Made by a program: the position numbers and the translations under genes
DNA from: Chiloscyllium plagiosum
Lineage: Eukaryota
Length of the DNA stretch: 62,152 bases
Direction of reading: 5' to 3'
Assembly (NCBI RefSeq): GCF_004010195.1
Contig: NC_057718.1
Span: 19,154,686-19,216,837, forward strand
Notes under the pieces: generated by a model
Database searches by the model: none
The model's input: only the letters and a program-made list of their open reading frames with translations
What the model was told of the DNA's origin: nothing
Shown: positions 25,137-37,892 of the stretch, piece by piece
Layout: each line of letters opens with the position of its first letter
How positions within the stretch are numbered: position 1 is the first letter of the stretch

Positions 25137-25647
25137 GTGTGTTGCTGGGAAAGCACAGCAGGTCAGGAGAGTCGACGTTTCAGGCATAAGCCCTTCATCA
25201 CGAATGAGGTATGTGGGGTGGGGAATGTAGCTGAGAAAGCGATAGGTGGATGAGGCTGAAGGAGAAGGTGATAGGTCAGAGTGGGGATTGATGGACAGGT
25301 CCGGAGGGCAGTGTCAAGTTGGAGGCTTGGGACTGGGATAATGTGGGGGGAGGAGAAATGAGGAAGCTGTTGAAATCCACATTTATCCTGTGGTTGCAGG
25401 GTCCCAAGGCAGAATATGAAGCTTTCTTCATCCAAGCGTCGGGTGGTAACGGTTTGGTTGTGGAGGAGGCCCAGGACCTGCATGTCCTTGACGGAGTGGG
25501 AGGGGGAGTTGAAGTGTTCAGCCACTGGGCAGTGGGGTTGGTGGGAATGGGTGTCCCAGAGATGTTCTCTGAAACGATCCGCAAGAAGGCATCCTGTCTC
25601 CCCGATGTAGGGGAGACCACACTAGGTGCAACAGATACAGTATACTG
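25137..25647 (-). mobile_element. Penelope-like element 3' part: GIY-YIG endonuclease remnant plus pLTR with hammerhead (family A)
   Basis: Minus translation VYCICCT*CGLPYIGETGCLLADRFREHL...VAEHFNSPSHS...FCLGTLQP/INVDF, followed by gTGATGA-a-gggc-ttat-gcct-GAAA-cgtc (25171-25206). Confidence 0.9.
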
Positions 25648-25649
25648 TC

Positions 25650-27127
25650 ACAGAGTCATAGAGATGGACAGCATGGAAACAGACCCTTCGGTCCAACCTG
25701 TCCACGCCAACCAGATATCCCAACCCAATCTAGTCCCACCTGCCAGCACCCGGCCCATATCCCTCCAAACCCTTCCTATTCATATACCCATCCAAATGCC
25801 TCTTAAATGTTGCAATTGTACCAGCCTCCACCACTTCCTCTGGCAGCTCATTCCATACACACACACCACCCTCTGCATGAAAAAGTTGCGCCTTGGGTCT
25901 CTTTTATATCTTTCCCCTCTCACCCTAAACCTATGCCCTCTAGTTCTGGACTCCCCGAACCCAGGGGAAAGACTTTGCCTATTTATCCTGTCCATGCCCC
26001 TCATTATTTTGTAAACCTCTAAGGTCAGCCCTCAGCCTCCGACGCTCCAGGGAAAACAGCCCCAGCCTGTTCAGCCTCTCCCTATTGCTCAACTCCTCCA
26101 ACCCTGGCAACATCCTTGTAAATCTTTTCTCAACCCTTTCAAGTTTCACAACATCTTTCTGATAGGAAGGAGATCAGAATTGCATGCAATATTCCAACAG
26201 AGGTCTAACCAATGTCATGTATAGCTGTAACATGACCTCCCAACTCCTGTACTCAATACTCTGACCAATGAAGGAAAGCATACCAAATGTCTTCTTCACT
26301 ATCCTATCTACCTGCGACTCCACTTTCAAGGAGCTATGAACCTGCACTCCAAGGTCTCTTTGTTCAGCAACACTCCNNNNNNNNNNNNNNNNNNNNNNNN
26401 NNNNNNNNNNNNNNNNNNNNNNNNNNNNNNNNNNNNNNNNNNNNNNNNNNNNNNNNNNNNNNNNNNNNNNNNNNNNNNNNNNNNNNNNNNNNNNNNNNNN
26501 NNNNNNNNNNNNNNNNNNNNNNNNNNNNNNNNNNNNNNNNNNNNNNNNNNNNNNNNNNNNNNNNNNNNNNNNNNNNNNNNNNNNNNNNNNNNNNNNNNNN
26601 NNNNNNNNNNNNNNNNNNNNNNNNNNNNNNNNNNNNNNNNNNNNNNNNNNNNNNNNNNNNNNNNNNNNNNNNNNNNNNNNNNNNNNNNNNNNNNNNNNNN
26701 NNNNNNNNNNNNNNNNNNNNNNNNNNNNNNNNNNNNNNNNNNNNNNNNNNNNNNNNNNNNNNNNNNNNNNNNNNNNNNNNNNNNNNNNNNNNNNNNNNNN
26801 NNNNNNNNNNNNNNNNNNNNNNNNNNNNNNNNNNNNNNNNNNNNNNNNNNNNNNNNNNNNNNNNNNNNNNNNNNNNNNNNNNNNNNNNNNNNNNNNNNNN
26901 NNNNNNNNNNNNNNNNNNNNNNNNNNNNNNNNNNNNNNNNNNNNNNNNNNNNTCCTGGGGATTTATCTGCCTTTAACCCTTTCAAGACATCCAGCACTTC
27001 CTCCTCTGTAATCTGGACATTTTGCAAGATGTCACCATCTATTTCCCTACAGTCTATATCTTCCATATCCTTTTCCACAGTAAATACTGATGCAAAATAT
27101 TAATTTAGTATCTCCCCCATTTTCTGG
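25650..27127 (-). mobile_element. Young HER1/CR1 LINE spanning an assembly gap
   Basis: Tail at 25650, ORF2 C-terminus, and beyond the gap LNY..FASVFTVE...ITEEEVLDVLKGLKADKSPG. Confidence 0.9.
26377..26952. other. Assembly gap (N run)
   Basis: Run of n. Confidence 1.
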
Positions 27128-28072
27128 ACACCCAACTTCCAATTCTCACAGGCCGAGGTTAATAGGTTTGTGATTACCCAAGTAATGGAAGGCAAATGGG
27201 AATATGCAGAAAGGTTGAGTTGAGGTTAACATCAGGTCAGCCATGATCTGTTTGAATGGTGTAGCAGGCTTGAAGGGCCGAATGATCTACCTCATTCCAA
27301 TGTTCGTAGCTGTTCAGTGTCCCCATGGAAGTTCTTCAAGCTTGGAAATTCTTCACTTCTGCTTGTCTCTGCCAAAGTTTCACTTTATAATTCTCATCTC
27401 GCACGTCTAGGGGGCATCACGAATACAGAAAGCTCAGAGCTGTAATACCAGTGACCCGGAAAATCAAATATTTAAATGCCCTCACTCAATGAGCAATTAA
27501 TGTGCAAAATCATGGGGACAACCAATAATTCTGCCCCTTGTTGCTGGCTAAAGGAAATTGCCCTGATAATGTTGTCAAATGGCCCACCAAGTGGTATAGA
27601 CAGTGAAACGTTCAACACCAGATGGCTTCTCCTCACGGGATATTAAATTTTTCCACTGACCTCAGAGGCCTTGAAATTTGAAACCAAATGAAAGTGACAT
27701 TGAGAATGAAAAACAAATCTCCATAAAGAATTTGAACAACTATTCTGTGAACTTTAGTTAAAACGAAGATCAGATAGGATGTAAGATTTTCTGCCAATTT
27801 GTCTCAAGTCTGTTTTACACACTGGATCAATTTAAATCTCCCCATTTTTCATGCTACTTGTCTGGACAAATGCTAAATGCTGTGTTTGGATTGATATTTA
27901 TTTATTTCCGACAGGTGTCGAGATAGTTTTTAATTCAAATAATTTACATACATGGCTTAGAACATCTTTAAATGCACATTTGATCATCAGTAACTCTGAG
28001 AACCAAGTCAGTCACTTGACTCAGCAAATCCACCCACAGGCTAAAGCAATGAAGCGATGTACCTGTACTAGG

Positions 28073-28641
28073 TTAAAAATCACACAAAACCAGGTTATAG
28101 TCCAACAGGTTTATTTGGAAGCTTTCGGAGCACTGCTGTGGTTGTGGAGAATAAGACAGTACTCGAGAATTACATTTTATTTTGCTCAAAAATTGCACGA
28201 ATCCAAGTAAGATTCTGCAAATCCGTTTTTTAGATTAGAATCAGTCTGACCATTGTGGCGCAGACAGTCTCACATAGGGCAGCTTGCACCTTCAATGCAT
28301 TATCTGGGCCGACATGACACCAATTGAGAATGTAATTTTTAAAAAGAAGTTTTGCAATTTACATATGAAAGAACTGAAACCAACATGGTCATTCTAAAAG
28401 ATGAGAAACTTAACAAACAATCCAGGTCTATTTCAATATATAATTTCAGTTACATCACACTGTAAACTTTTGCTATAAATTCTATGTCTTACAATTGTGT
28501 ACTCCACAACCGCCTGATGAAGGAGCAGCATTCCGAAAGCTAGCGCTTCCAAATAAACCTATTGGACTATAACCTGGTGTTGTGTGATTTTTAACTTTGT
28601 ACACCCCAGTCCAGCACTGGCATCTCCAAATCATGACTACG
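28073..28641 (+). mobile_element. PLE family B pLTR with a short inverted 5' piece
   Basis: Inverted ttaaaaatcacac...gctttcggagc at the left, then the direct pLTR with hammerhead; TSD tgtactagg. Confidence 0.85.
28511..28545 (+). ncRNA. Minimal type I hammerhead ribozyme (family B), intact core
   Basis: cgc-CTGATGA-a-GGAG-cagca-TTCC-GAAA-G-CTA-gcg; stem I is cgc/gcg. Confidence 0.75.
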
Positions 28642-28689
28642 TGTACTAGGATAAGTGTTCAGGAAAGTTACATTACACTAAATGTTGTT

Positions 28690-29145
28690 AAGCTTTATTA
28701 CTGGAAACTGAAAGCTTGGATTGATACAACCTATGTAACTTGAATTCAAGTCCCAGTCCAGAGGGGTGAGGGCGCAGTCATGACTGACATTGCATTGCAC
28801 TGCAGAGGAAGTGTTGCCTGGTCATTGATGTGGTCTTTCAGATAAGATGTTAAGACCAGTGGACCATCTGTTTTCTCAGGTGGGTATGAAAAATCCCATG
28901 GCACTATTAAAATTAGAATTACATCATTATCACCAATGTCCTGGTCAATGTTTATCCTTCAGCATCGTCACTAGAAAGAAGGCTCTCTGGTAATTATATA
29001 ATTGCTGATTGTTGGAGCATGCTAGACAAAAGTTGGCTGGGTCTCTAACATTACAATAGTGACTATAGTTCAAAAACACCTCACAGGTTGTAAAGTACGT
29101 AGAGCCGTCGATGAAAATGTGATATAAATGCAGGTTTCCCTTTTA
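28690..29145 (+). mobile_element. Deu-domain SINE, near full length
   Basis: ttcaagtccc B-box-like; tctcaggtgg...aatcccatggcactatt...tgtcctggtcaatgtttatcc...tataaatgcagg. Confidence 0.75.
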
Positions 29146-29739
29146 TTTAAAAAAATAAGTATCTGAACACTCATTCTGAGAGGACTGGGCCTTTCTGGTG
29201 GGGGTATTTTTGGATTGTATTCTGACATGGATTATTGTTCTAGTTTTATTTCTGGTGATATGGAAGTAATACACAGCTTGTGTTTCGCCGTTGTCAATTT
29301 TATTTAAGTCAGATGTGCATCATAAACCACAGCAGCATAAGTGTAAATGCCATGGTTAGCTTCAAATCCTCTGTCATTTGGAATATAGAAAATTAAATTC
29401 AGAGGAATTAAATAGCAGCACAAAATATGATATACAAAGTTCACCAATTGCTATCATGTCATTAAGTTGAGGGAGAAACCTAGCCTCTGAATTCTTCACT
29501 GAAACGGAACACTCTGAATGGATAACACTGACTCACTCAATCACGCTCTGTAAACCAAACACTGGTGACTCTTTGAACTTTCCTTTTTTGTTCATTCTAT
29601 ACCCCAAATCCCACATCCTCTTCCTCTTCGCTATCTCCAAAGTGTTGCAAGTATGCAATGTTAAGTAATGTTTTACTCTATTTCGTTTATTCCCAAAATC
29701 ACAAAAGAATCCTTTATTTCCCTCAGTCCTCACCTTCCT

Positions 29740-30110
29740 ACAATTTTCAGTCTTTAAAACCCAAGTTTGACATTGCTCCTTACTTCAACTTGTTTTTGAC
29801 CCCACCTCTCTTTCTCAGCATCCAATCCCCTCCAATCCCCCAGTCATCGGAGATATCTTCCCTCCCATCATTCTGGCCTCTTAAGAATCCCTGATGTTAA
29901 TCACTCCACTATGAGAGGTTGGATCTTCAATTGCCTGGTTCATAATTTCTGGAGTTGCTTCCCTGCACTCTCTGCTTTCCTCCTAAAAATCTACTTCTTT
30001 GACCAAGTTTTTCTTGCTCTCACTTAATAGCTCGACATTTGGCCTTGTGTCATGCTTTGTTTTATAACGGTCCTGTGTAATTATATTTATAGTATTAAAA
30101 AAGCTATAAA
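29740..30110 (+). mobile_element. L2-like LINE 3' tail, decayed
   Basis: ttctggcctcttaagaatccc...taaaaatctacttctttgaccaagttttt...gctataaat. Confidence 0.55.
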
Positions 30111-30114
30111 TATT

Positions 30115-31290
30115 TATTAGCATACAGATAAGGAGCAGGTTTCGGTCATTGGGCGCCTTCAGTCTGCTCTGCCATTGAATAAAATCATAGCTTATCTGAT
30201 TATAAACCCCCAATCCACATTCTCTCTGACCCCTGATAACATTAACACTCCCCCCCCCCCACCCCCACTGACTAAGAATCGATCCACTCTGCTCTTACAA
30301 AGACTCTGCCCCCAGAATTCCAGAAAGAGTTCCAAAGATTCACACACCCTCTGTAAGAAAAATAATCACTTCATCTTATTTTTTATACACAGGCAACTCT
30401 TTATTTTTAAAACAGTGACCCTCCTAGTTCAGGTTCCTCTCCTAACAGGAAACATCCTCCAAACATCAATCCTATCAAGATCCCTCAGGATCTTATACAT
30501 CTCTATCAAGTCATCTCTTATTTTTCCAATCTCCACTAGGAACAATTCAGCAGTTTGTCCAACCTGTTCCTCATAAGGCAAACTGCCCATTCCAGAAATT
30601 ACTCTTGTAAACGTTATCTCAGCTGTTTCCAAGGCATTAGTCTTCTTTCTTAAATAAGGCGACCAATGCTGTACACTGTGCTCCAGATGTAGTCTTACCT
30701 ATGCCCTGAACCATAACATCCCTAATTTTGTATTCAATTCCCCTTGCAATAAATGACAACATTTTTAATGTTTCTAAATGCTTGCTGTACCTACATGCTA
30801 TGTTCTATGTATTCTAACCCTTTGTGACTCATACACAAGGACTTCCAAATCCCTTCACGTTCCAGAGCACTGCAATTTCAGCCCCATTAGATAAGTGCTT
30901 TTTTTATTCTTCCTGCCAAAATGTACAATTTCACATTTTCCCAATTGCCCCCTACTCCAAATGCCAGGTCTGTGCCCCCTCAAGTTTTACACCTGCAGTT
31001 CTGAGGAAGGGTCACTGGACCTGAAGCATTAACTCTGATTTCTCTCCACCGATGCTGCCAGACCTGCTGAGCTTTTCCAGCAACTTCTGATTTCCAGCAT
31101 CCGCAGTTCTTTTGGTTTTCATATCTTTTTGCAATCTCCTCGTGTCGCCTTCACAGCCTAATGTCTTACATATCTTTGTAGAATGAACAAATGTGGCACC
31201 CACACCATTCATCCAAGTCAGGAACATACACTGGGACAAATGAAGTCCCAGCACCAATCTTTGGGGCGTACCACTTGCTAACCTGAAAAA
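30115..31290 (-). mobile_element. Old CR1 LINE 3' region with a nested PLE family C copy
   Basis: Tail ataaggagcagg...ctgctctgccattgaat; minus ORF RDDLIEMYKILRDLDRIDVWRMFP. Confidence 0.8.
30995..31120 (+). mobile_element. PLE pLTR 3' end, family C, with a hammerhead-like core
   Basis: CTGAGGA-a-gggtc-actg-gacct-GAAG (last A mutated), then gatgctgccagacctgctgagcttttccagc. Confidence 0.75.
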
Positions 31291-31709
31291 TACAAGTCAA
31301 TATGTTGCCCCTTGCACTGTGAGCTCCTACTTTCCACGATAACATTTAAAGTGGCACTTTATCAAATTGTGAGGAAAGGTGGCTGATGTATTCACATTTA
31401 TTTAAGAAAACATTGGCCGAGTTCAGACTTTAGAATAGTGCCACATGGGGGTTGGTTACCGTTCGAGAGGATTTCTTTAAAATAAAACTAGGTTAGACAT
31501 CTTTCTGGAACAATAACCAAATCCAGTGTGTGTCAGAAAGGACGGATATCTCGAGGGTTAAGGGAAGGTGTTTTGTACTGCCCTGCTTTATGACAGGGAA
31601 TATAAACATTGAAGGCTATTAACTTATTGCTCAATAATCAAGGATTGATGTTATCTTAGAAAACCGAGAGAAGGTTACAGAGAGTGTGCAAGATGGTGGT
31701 GAGAGAATA

Positions 31710-33040
31710 GGCAGTGACCTGGCTCCTCAGCCGGGGCTCGTCTGTTGGAGCCTCTTTTCTTTTTTCTCATTCTTCCTCTGTCTTTTTAAAAGTTTTATTT
31801 AGTGTGTTTTTTAAAAAATGTACCTTGGAGAGGCAGTGACATTATTGGAGCAGGTGAGAGCCCAAGCAGGGCAGACTCGAGACTTGTGGGAAGGGGGAGC
31901 AGTCAGTGGGCTGGGAGCTCGAGGGGAGGGGGACGGTCAGTGGGCTGGAGGGTCGAGGGGAGGGGGACGGTCAGTGTGGTGGAGGGTCGAGGGGAGGGAG
32001 ACGGTGAGCGGGCTGGAGGGTCGCACGAAAGGGGACAGCCAGTGTGGTGGAGAGTCGAGGGGAGGGGGACGGTCANNNNNNNNNNNNNNNNNNNNNNNNN
32101 NNNNNNNNNNNNNNNNNNNNNNNNNNNNNNNNNNNNNNNNNNNNNNNNNNNNNNNNNNNNNNNNNNNNNNNNNNNNNNNNNNNNNNNNNNNNNNNNNNNN
32201 NNNNNNNNNNNNNNNNNNNNNNNNNNNNNNNNNNNNNNNNNNNNNNNNNNNNNNNNNNNNNNNNNNNNNNNNNNNNNNNNNNNNNNNNNNNNNNNNNNNN
32301 NNNNNNNNNNNNNNNNNNNNNNNNNNNNNNNNNNNNNNNNNNNNNNNNNNNNNNNNNNNNNNNNNNNNNNNNNNNNNNNNNNNNNNNNNNNNNNNNNNNN
32401 NNNNNNNNNNNNNNNNNNNNNNNNNNNNNNNNNNNNNNNNNNNNNNNNNNNNNNNNNNNNNNNNNNNNNNNNNNNNNNNNNNNNNNNNNNNNNNNNNNNN
32501 NNNNNNNNNNNNNNNNNNNNNNNNNNNNNNNNNNNNNNNNNNNNNNNNNNNNNNNNNNATGGTCAATGGGCTGGAGGGTCGAGGGGAGGGCGATGGTCAG
32601 TGGGCTGGAGAGTCAAGGGGAGAGGGACGGTCAGTGGGGTGGGGGGGCAAGGGGAAGGGGCAGTCAGGGAGCTGGAGGGTCGTACGAAGGAGGATGGTGA
32701 GCGTATCTGTATTGGAGGATAGATGGTTGTTAGACTGGGGCCCAGTATGGGCAGTCAGCAGCTTACAAACCCAGTCAGAACCTGAGTAGAAGCCCCTGCA
32801 CTGATCTACTGCAAGAACTCTACAGAAAGACTGTAATGTTTATCTTTTTAGCTTATACTATGAACTACTTTAAGGAAATGTAACTTTTCTTTATCTATCT
32901 ACTTTGTATCTAAGATTTGTACTGAGGTACTTTGTACCTAAGATGGCAGCACAGGGGGCGACGTTGTAAGCTTTTCACTGTACACCTGTACCTGTGTACT
33001 TAAGGACACACGGCAATAAACAATTCTGATTCTAATTCTA
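31710..33040 (+). mobile_element. Non-autonomous element with an internal G-rich minisatellite and a cttttcactgta...caataaa tail
   Basis: cctaagatggcagc...cttttcactgtacac...caataaacaattctgattctaattct; layout like 1320-1886 and 4045-4700. Confidence 0.5.
31890..32700. repeat. G-rich ~33 bp minisatellite (ggacggtcagtgggctggagggtcgaggggaggg) spanning gap 32076-32558
   Basis: The unit is visible on both sides of the N run. Confidence 0.85.
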
Positions 33041-33539
33041 CAATTGAAAGTTTTTGGGCAGTTCAGAGGAGATCTGACTGGGATCAGAAACAAATATAGT
33101 TTCTTTCCAGTATAAAGAACCAATTAGGAAAGCTCAGTTATCTCAGTTGAGAAGCTTTGTGCACATAACTCCCAGACCAGAAGGGTTTGCTTAGAAATTT
33201 ACAGCTTATGTAAAGGTGGAAAAAGACTAAGCCTTCAGATTTGTGAATATTCACAGAAGAAGATTTCACAGTTAACAGGAAGAACTGGGGAAAATCAACT
33301 ACATTGACCTTAATGTTGTGACATAGAAAAGCAATTTCTCTGGATTTGAATCATTATAAAGTGATTGTATTGGGGAAAAGATGGAAACTTTGTTTTGCAG
33401 TGTGTTTAAGATTTTTCATCTTTTGTTTTAGTAACCAACCATTGCATTATCCGGAATAAATAAATATTTGATAATCAGGCCAGAATTCATTGTTGGATCA
33501 GATGTATGTAGTAGCACCATCAGTCAGGATCAATACAAA

Positions 33540-34545
33540 ATACATTCTAGGTACATTAGATCTACCAGTTCTCCTTTACCAACAGAACATGTTGCATCCT
33601 TAAAGAACTCCAATAGACTGATCAAACATGATTTTCCTTTTACAAAACCATGTTGACTCTGTTAAATTATCTTGAATTTGTCTAAATGTGCTGGTTTGAC
33701 TTCTTTAATCGTAGTTTTGAGCATTTTTCCCATCTGTAGTTCCTTCCTTTCTGTCTCCCTCCCTTTGTAAATAAACATTTGCTTTCTTCCAATTTTATGC
33801 AACCATCCCAAATCAAAGGGCTTTGGAAAATTAAAACCAATGCGTCAACAATCCCACTAGCTGCTTCTTTTAAGACCCTAGGATGAGTCTTTCAGGACAT
33901 AGGGACTTATCAACTTGTAGTTTCAAAAACTTACTCAGTACCACCTACCTGGGGATTGTGTTTTCCTTAGTTCCTCCCTCCCTTCCAGTTTTGGATTTAT
34001 CACTGCCTCTGGGATGTTACTTGTTTCCTTTATGATGAAGACTGATGCAAGACACCATTCAATTCTCCAAATTCACTCTGTATAGGGCCAATGCTCACTT
34101 TGTTAAATTGTCTTTTAAAAATATTTATAGAAACTCTTAATCTCTGCTTTATATTTCTGCTCAGCTTTCTGTTGGGGCCTGATTTCTATTCCTATTCATT
34201 TCTTTAGCCATTCCTTTTTTTTTTAATATCCTGTTCAATCGACTGACCTGTCACATGTCTTTGCACATTGAAATGTGTCTAATCTGTAAATTTTGAAATA
34301 TCCCTTGAATGTTTTCCACTACCTCCCTACTGACCTGTCCTTAATCCAACTCATAAATTCACTATAGCCAGCTTTGCTTTCATACTCTTACAATTGGCTC
34401 TGTTTAAGTTTAGAAATAGCCTTGGACCCACTCATGTCTCCATCAAACTGAATGTAAAATTCAATCATATTATGGTCACTGCCTCCAAAAGGCACCTGTA
34501 CGGTGAGATGCGATTAATTGATTCTATCATATTACACAGTAAGTA
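33540..34545 (-). mobile_element. Old CR1 LINE ORF2 fragment
   Basis: caaacatgattttccttttacaaaaccatgttgactc is the reverse complement of SQHGFVKGKSCL. Confidence 0.75.
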
Positions 34546-35279
34546 TTTTTGTTGTTCTAATCGACCTTTGTCACAACCTGTGAAGCCCTTTGACTTGGTT
34601 TTTTTAAGAAAGTGTTACGTTAATATAGGGGTCAATTTCTGAAAGAGACTTTAAACCAAGGCTTTATTCTGGCCTATGTTGAAAATATCGTGCTATCCAT
34701 CCCTATTTTTATCAGCTTCTGTGCAAACTATCCTGTTAGATGTTAGACAGAAAACTCCAAGTTAAACTTCTGGGTAACTATATAACTGTCCTGGCTGACT
34801 TTTCCCCTCAATACTGACCAGCTCCAGATTCCCTGACCAACCCCTTTATCTGTCCCCAACAGCTACTCTCCACCGACCTCCATTGTAACTCCTGGGTGCC
34901 ATTTTCCTACGATCAATGGGTTGCCCACTCGGGAAACAGGCAGCCCACCCATTATCATTGCACAAAGCTCACAGTCTGCTTAAAAATGGGATTTTTAAAA
35001 GTTTGCTCAGAGGATGTAGGCATCACTATCAAAGGCAGCATTTATTACCCTTGACAAAGTGGTGGTGAGTCAGCCTTTTGAGTACATGTGATTGATTTGC
35101 TCGGTCATTTCAGAGTTAACCATAATACTGTGGGTGTGGAGTCACAGCATTGGCAATTGATTTCCTTCCTTAAAGGATGTTAATGAAGCAGATGAAGGGC
35201 TACACTTTTCAAGGGAGGTGTACTGTTCATCCACATTTCTCTACCCCTCAAAGAGAAAGCTCAATACCAAACAGATTGG

Positions 35280-37892
35280 GGTTAAACAAGGCATTAAGGG
35301 ATACACTAATTGAACCGACCAAATTCAATCCATTTGAATTAATTTATGGGCATGAGGTGAGAGGACTATTGAAATTAATTCAAGAAAAATTGGTGAGGAG
35401 AGTTCAAACATCACATATTTGGACTATGTGCCAAATTTTCAGGAAGATTCAATACATCGGGTGAGTTAGCTAGAAAGCATTTGAAAATAGCACAGCATAT
35501 GATGAAACAGGAAGCAGACAAGAAATCAAAAATTTCCAATTTTACTAACAGAGATAAAGTGTTAGTGTTGCTTCCAATGGTAGAAGAACCTTTAAAAGCA
35601 AGCCTTATCAAATAGAAATGAAATTGAATGAGGTGAATTATTTGATACGAACACCAGATAGAAATAAATCTCACAGAGTGTGTCATGTGAATATGCTCAA
35701 AAGATATTATGATAGGGAAGGAAAGCAAAAGGAGAATGTGTTACAGGTTACAGAGTGAAGAATCAAGTTCAGATGGTTCTGTGTTCGACATTCTGCAAAT
35801 TAAATTGGACAATGAGGAAGTTTTCCAAAACTGGGATAAATTACCAAGTTACCTTCCAGGGGAAAATTAAAACCTGCAAGAGTTATTACAATCACATAAG
35901 CTGGGAAGCACTAATTTAATGATGCATGATATAGATATAGGAAATGTTGTTCCAATTAAGCAACATCCACCCTCTAACGTTGGCATAAGTTCAAAAGGAG
36001 ATTGAAGGCATGCCCAGAGACAACATAATTGAAGTGAGTTGCAGCATCCATATTAATGGTTCCAAAACCAGATGGTACCCAACAATTATAGGTGGACTTT
36101 CGCAAAGTCAATGCAGTTACCAAATCTGATTCATATCCTATTCCACGTTTAGGAGACTGTACAGAGATGGTGGGACTAGCAACTTATATTCCGAAGTTGG
36201 ATTTACTCGGAGGCTACTGACAGGTACCTTTATCAAAAAAGAGCTTTTGTGACACCAAATGGAATGTACCAATTTAAAATAATATCATTTCATATGAAGA
36301 ATGCACCAGCCATATTTCAAAAATTAACCAATAAAGTTATTTCTGGATTACCAAATTGTGTGGTGTACATTGATGACCTGGTGATCTTTAGTCACACATG
36401 GAAGGAACAGCACCTGTTGGAATTACTCGATGACATTGGGAGGCAGGCTTGGTGATAAACCTGGCTAAGAGTGAGTTCAGGAAAGTCCAAATCACGTTTC
36501 TGGGCCATGTCATTGGACATGGAAGGATAGCCCCACATGATGTGAAAACAAAGGTGATTGAGGAGTTTCCCATACCATCAACGAAGAGGGCAGGATTGTG
36601 ATTCTTGAGATTGAGTGGTTTTTGTCAGAAGCTTGTACAGAATTTTAGCAATGTAGCTGCTCCACTAACTGATTTATTGAAAAAGAGTCAAGAATTTCAG
36701 TGGAAGGCGAACTGTCAGAATGCATTTAACAGCTGCCCTGGTATTAGCCACACCTAATTATGCAAAGCCATTCAAGGTGGCTATCGATACAAGTGATGTG
36801 GGTGTTGGTGCTGTACTCTTGCAAGAAGACGATGAGGAGAGAGGAAGACATAGCGGGTAGTTTTCCAGAACCATCATACTCCATGATTGAGAAGGTAACC
36901 TTGAGTTTGGTGTTGGCGCTACAACATTTCAACATTTATATTGCCAGTAATGTGTCTGAGTCAATTGTATATCCTGAACATAACCCATTAAAGTTTTTGG
37001 AGAGATTTAAGGACACAGTTTCAGATTGTTTAGATGGAAAAAACTTTTGTAGCTGTTCAATTTTAAAATTATTCACACGGTAGAATGAAAGAACTTAATT
37101 GTCACAACTATGATGAAAGAAGATTGGTGGTGGGAAAAACCAGATTGGAATAGACTGCAGCAGTAAATGTTTGCACTCTTAGAGTCAAAGTAATGTATAT
37201 GTACTGTGTACCAATTGTGTAACACTAAGGGGTTTTAAAATTGAAGCTATCTCTGTATATTGATGGTTCTTTTTTAAAGGGGGAGGTGTGACAATACTGT
37301 GGCTTTAAGATGTGTGTTTTGTCTTGGTTTCTTTTAGAGACAGATGAGGGAACTGGATTTGAGCAGTCTATGAGAACATAAACAACTTGTGAAGCCTTGT
37401 TTTTATTTAAGTTGGAACAATAGAAGCAGCCTGAATGGGTGTGGTAAAGCTCACACCCACAGAACCAGGATTTTTAGTGTAGTTTTCAGTACTTGTTGCA
37501 CAGGTCTTAGCAGAGTTGGAAAACAGTGAATCTTACCCAGTTCCTACACTCTCTGTCTGAGTTTTCTCTGGATGTTCTTTTTTCCTTCTGGGCTGCTAGA
37601 GTTGCTTGTGAGACAATGCTGTTTTCTGAATTTGCCTTTTGCCAAGGGTATGTTTATGGGATATTATTATGTTGGAACAGTTACAGTTTAGTACTAAAAT
37701 AATCCATTATTCTTTTAAGTTTTCCAATAGAGTTAGATTATTCCAAGTTTCTCTTGCTTAATGTTGACTAATTTGACCAATCGAATTGCATCTGGAACAC
37801 AGCATCTCACATTTTCCTTTACAATAAGAAAAGGTTAGGGTCTAGATCATCTTTGCATTTTATTCTAAGGGGGTCTGGTTGAGTCCATAACA
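35280..37892 (+). mobile_element. Gmr1-like Gypsy LTR retrotransposon, 3' half (integrase C-terminus, RT, RNase H, PPT, 3' LTR), inactive
   Basis: INT: ALRDT...FNPFELIYGHEVRG...VCHVNMLKRY (35290-35715). RT: VPKPDG..VDFRKVNAVTKSDSYPIPR..NAPAIFQK..VYIDDL. RH: PFKVAIDTSDVGVGAVL..YSMIEK..HNPLKFL. PPT aaaggggggagg at ~37276-37286. Confidence 0.92.
37287..37892 (+). repeat. 3' LTR (TG...CA, ~606 bp)
   Basis: Begins tgtgacaata directly after the PPT and ends gtccataaca; homologous to 54415-54920. Confidence 0.8.

Noticed and set aside
25319..26014. 231-aa plus-strand ORF
   Set aside because: It is the antisense reading across a PLE remnant and a CR1 3' end, not a host gene.
26287..27103. Long ORFs of 229-255 aa (similar ones at 31802-32789, 55373-56122 and 57823-58515)
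   Set aside because: They are open only because they cross N gaps or simple repeats; the real residues are CR1 or microsatellite sequence.
31890..32700. Regular repeats read as a CRISPR array (also 44855-45060 and 52530-52680)
   Set aside because: The units are degenerate and adjacent with no unique spacers; the context is vertebrate and there are no cas genes.
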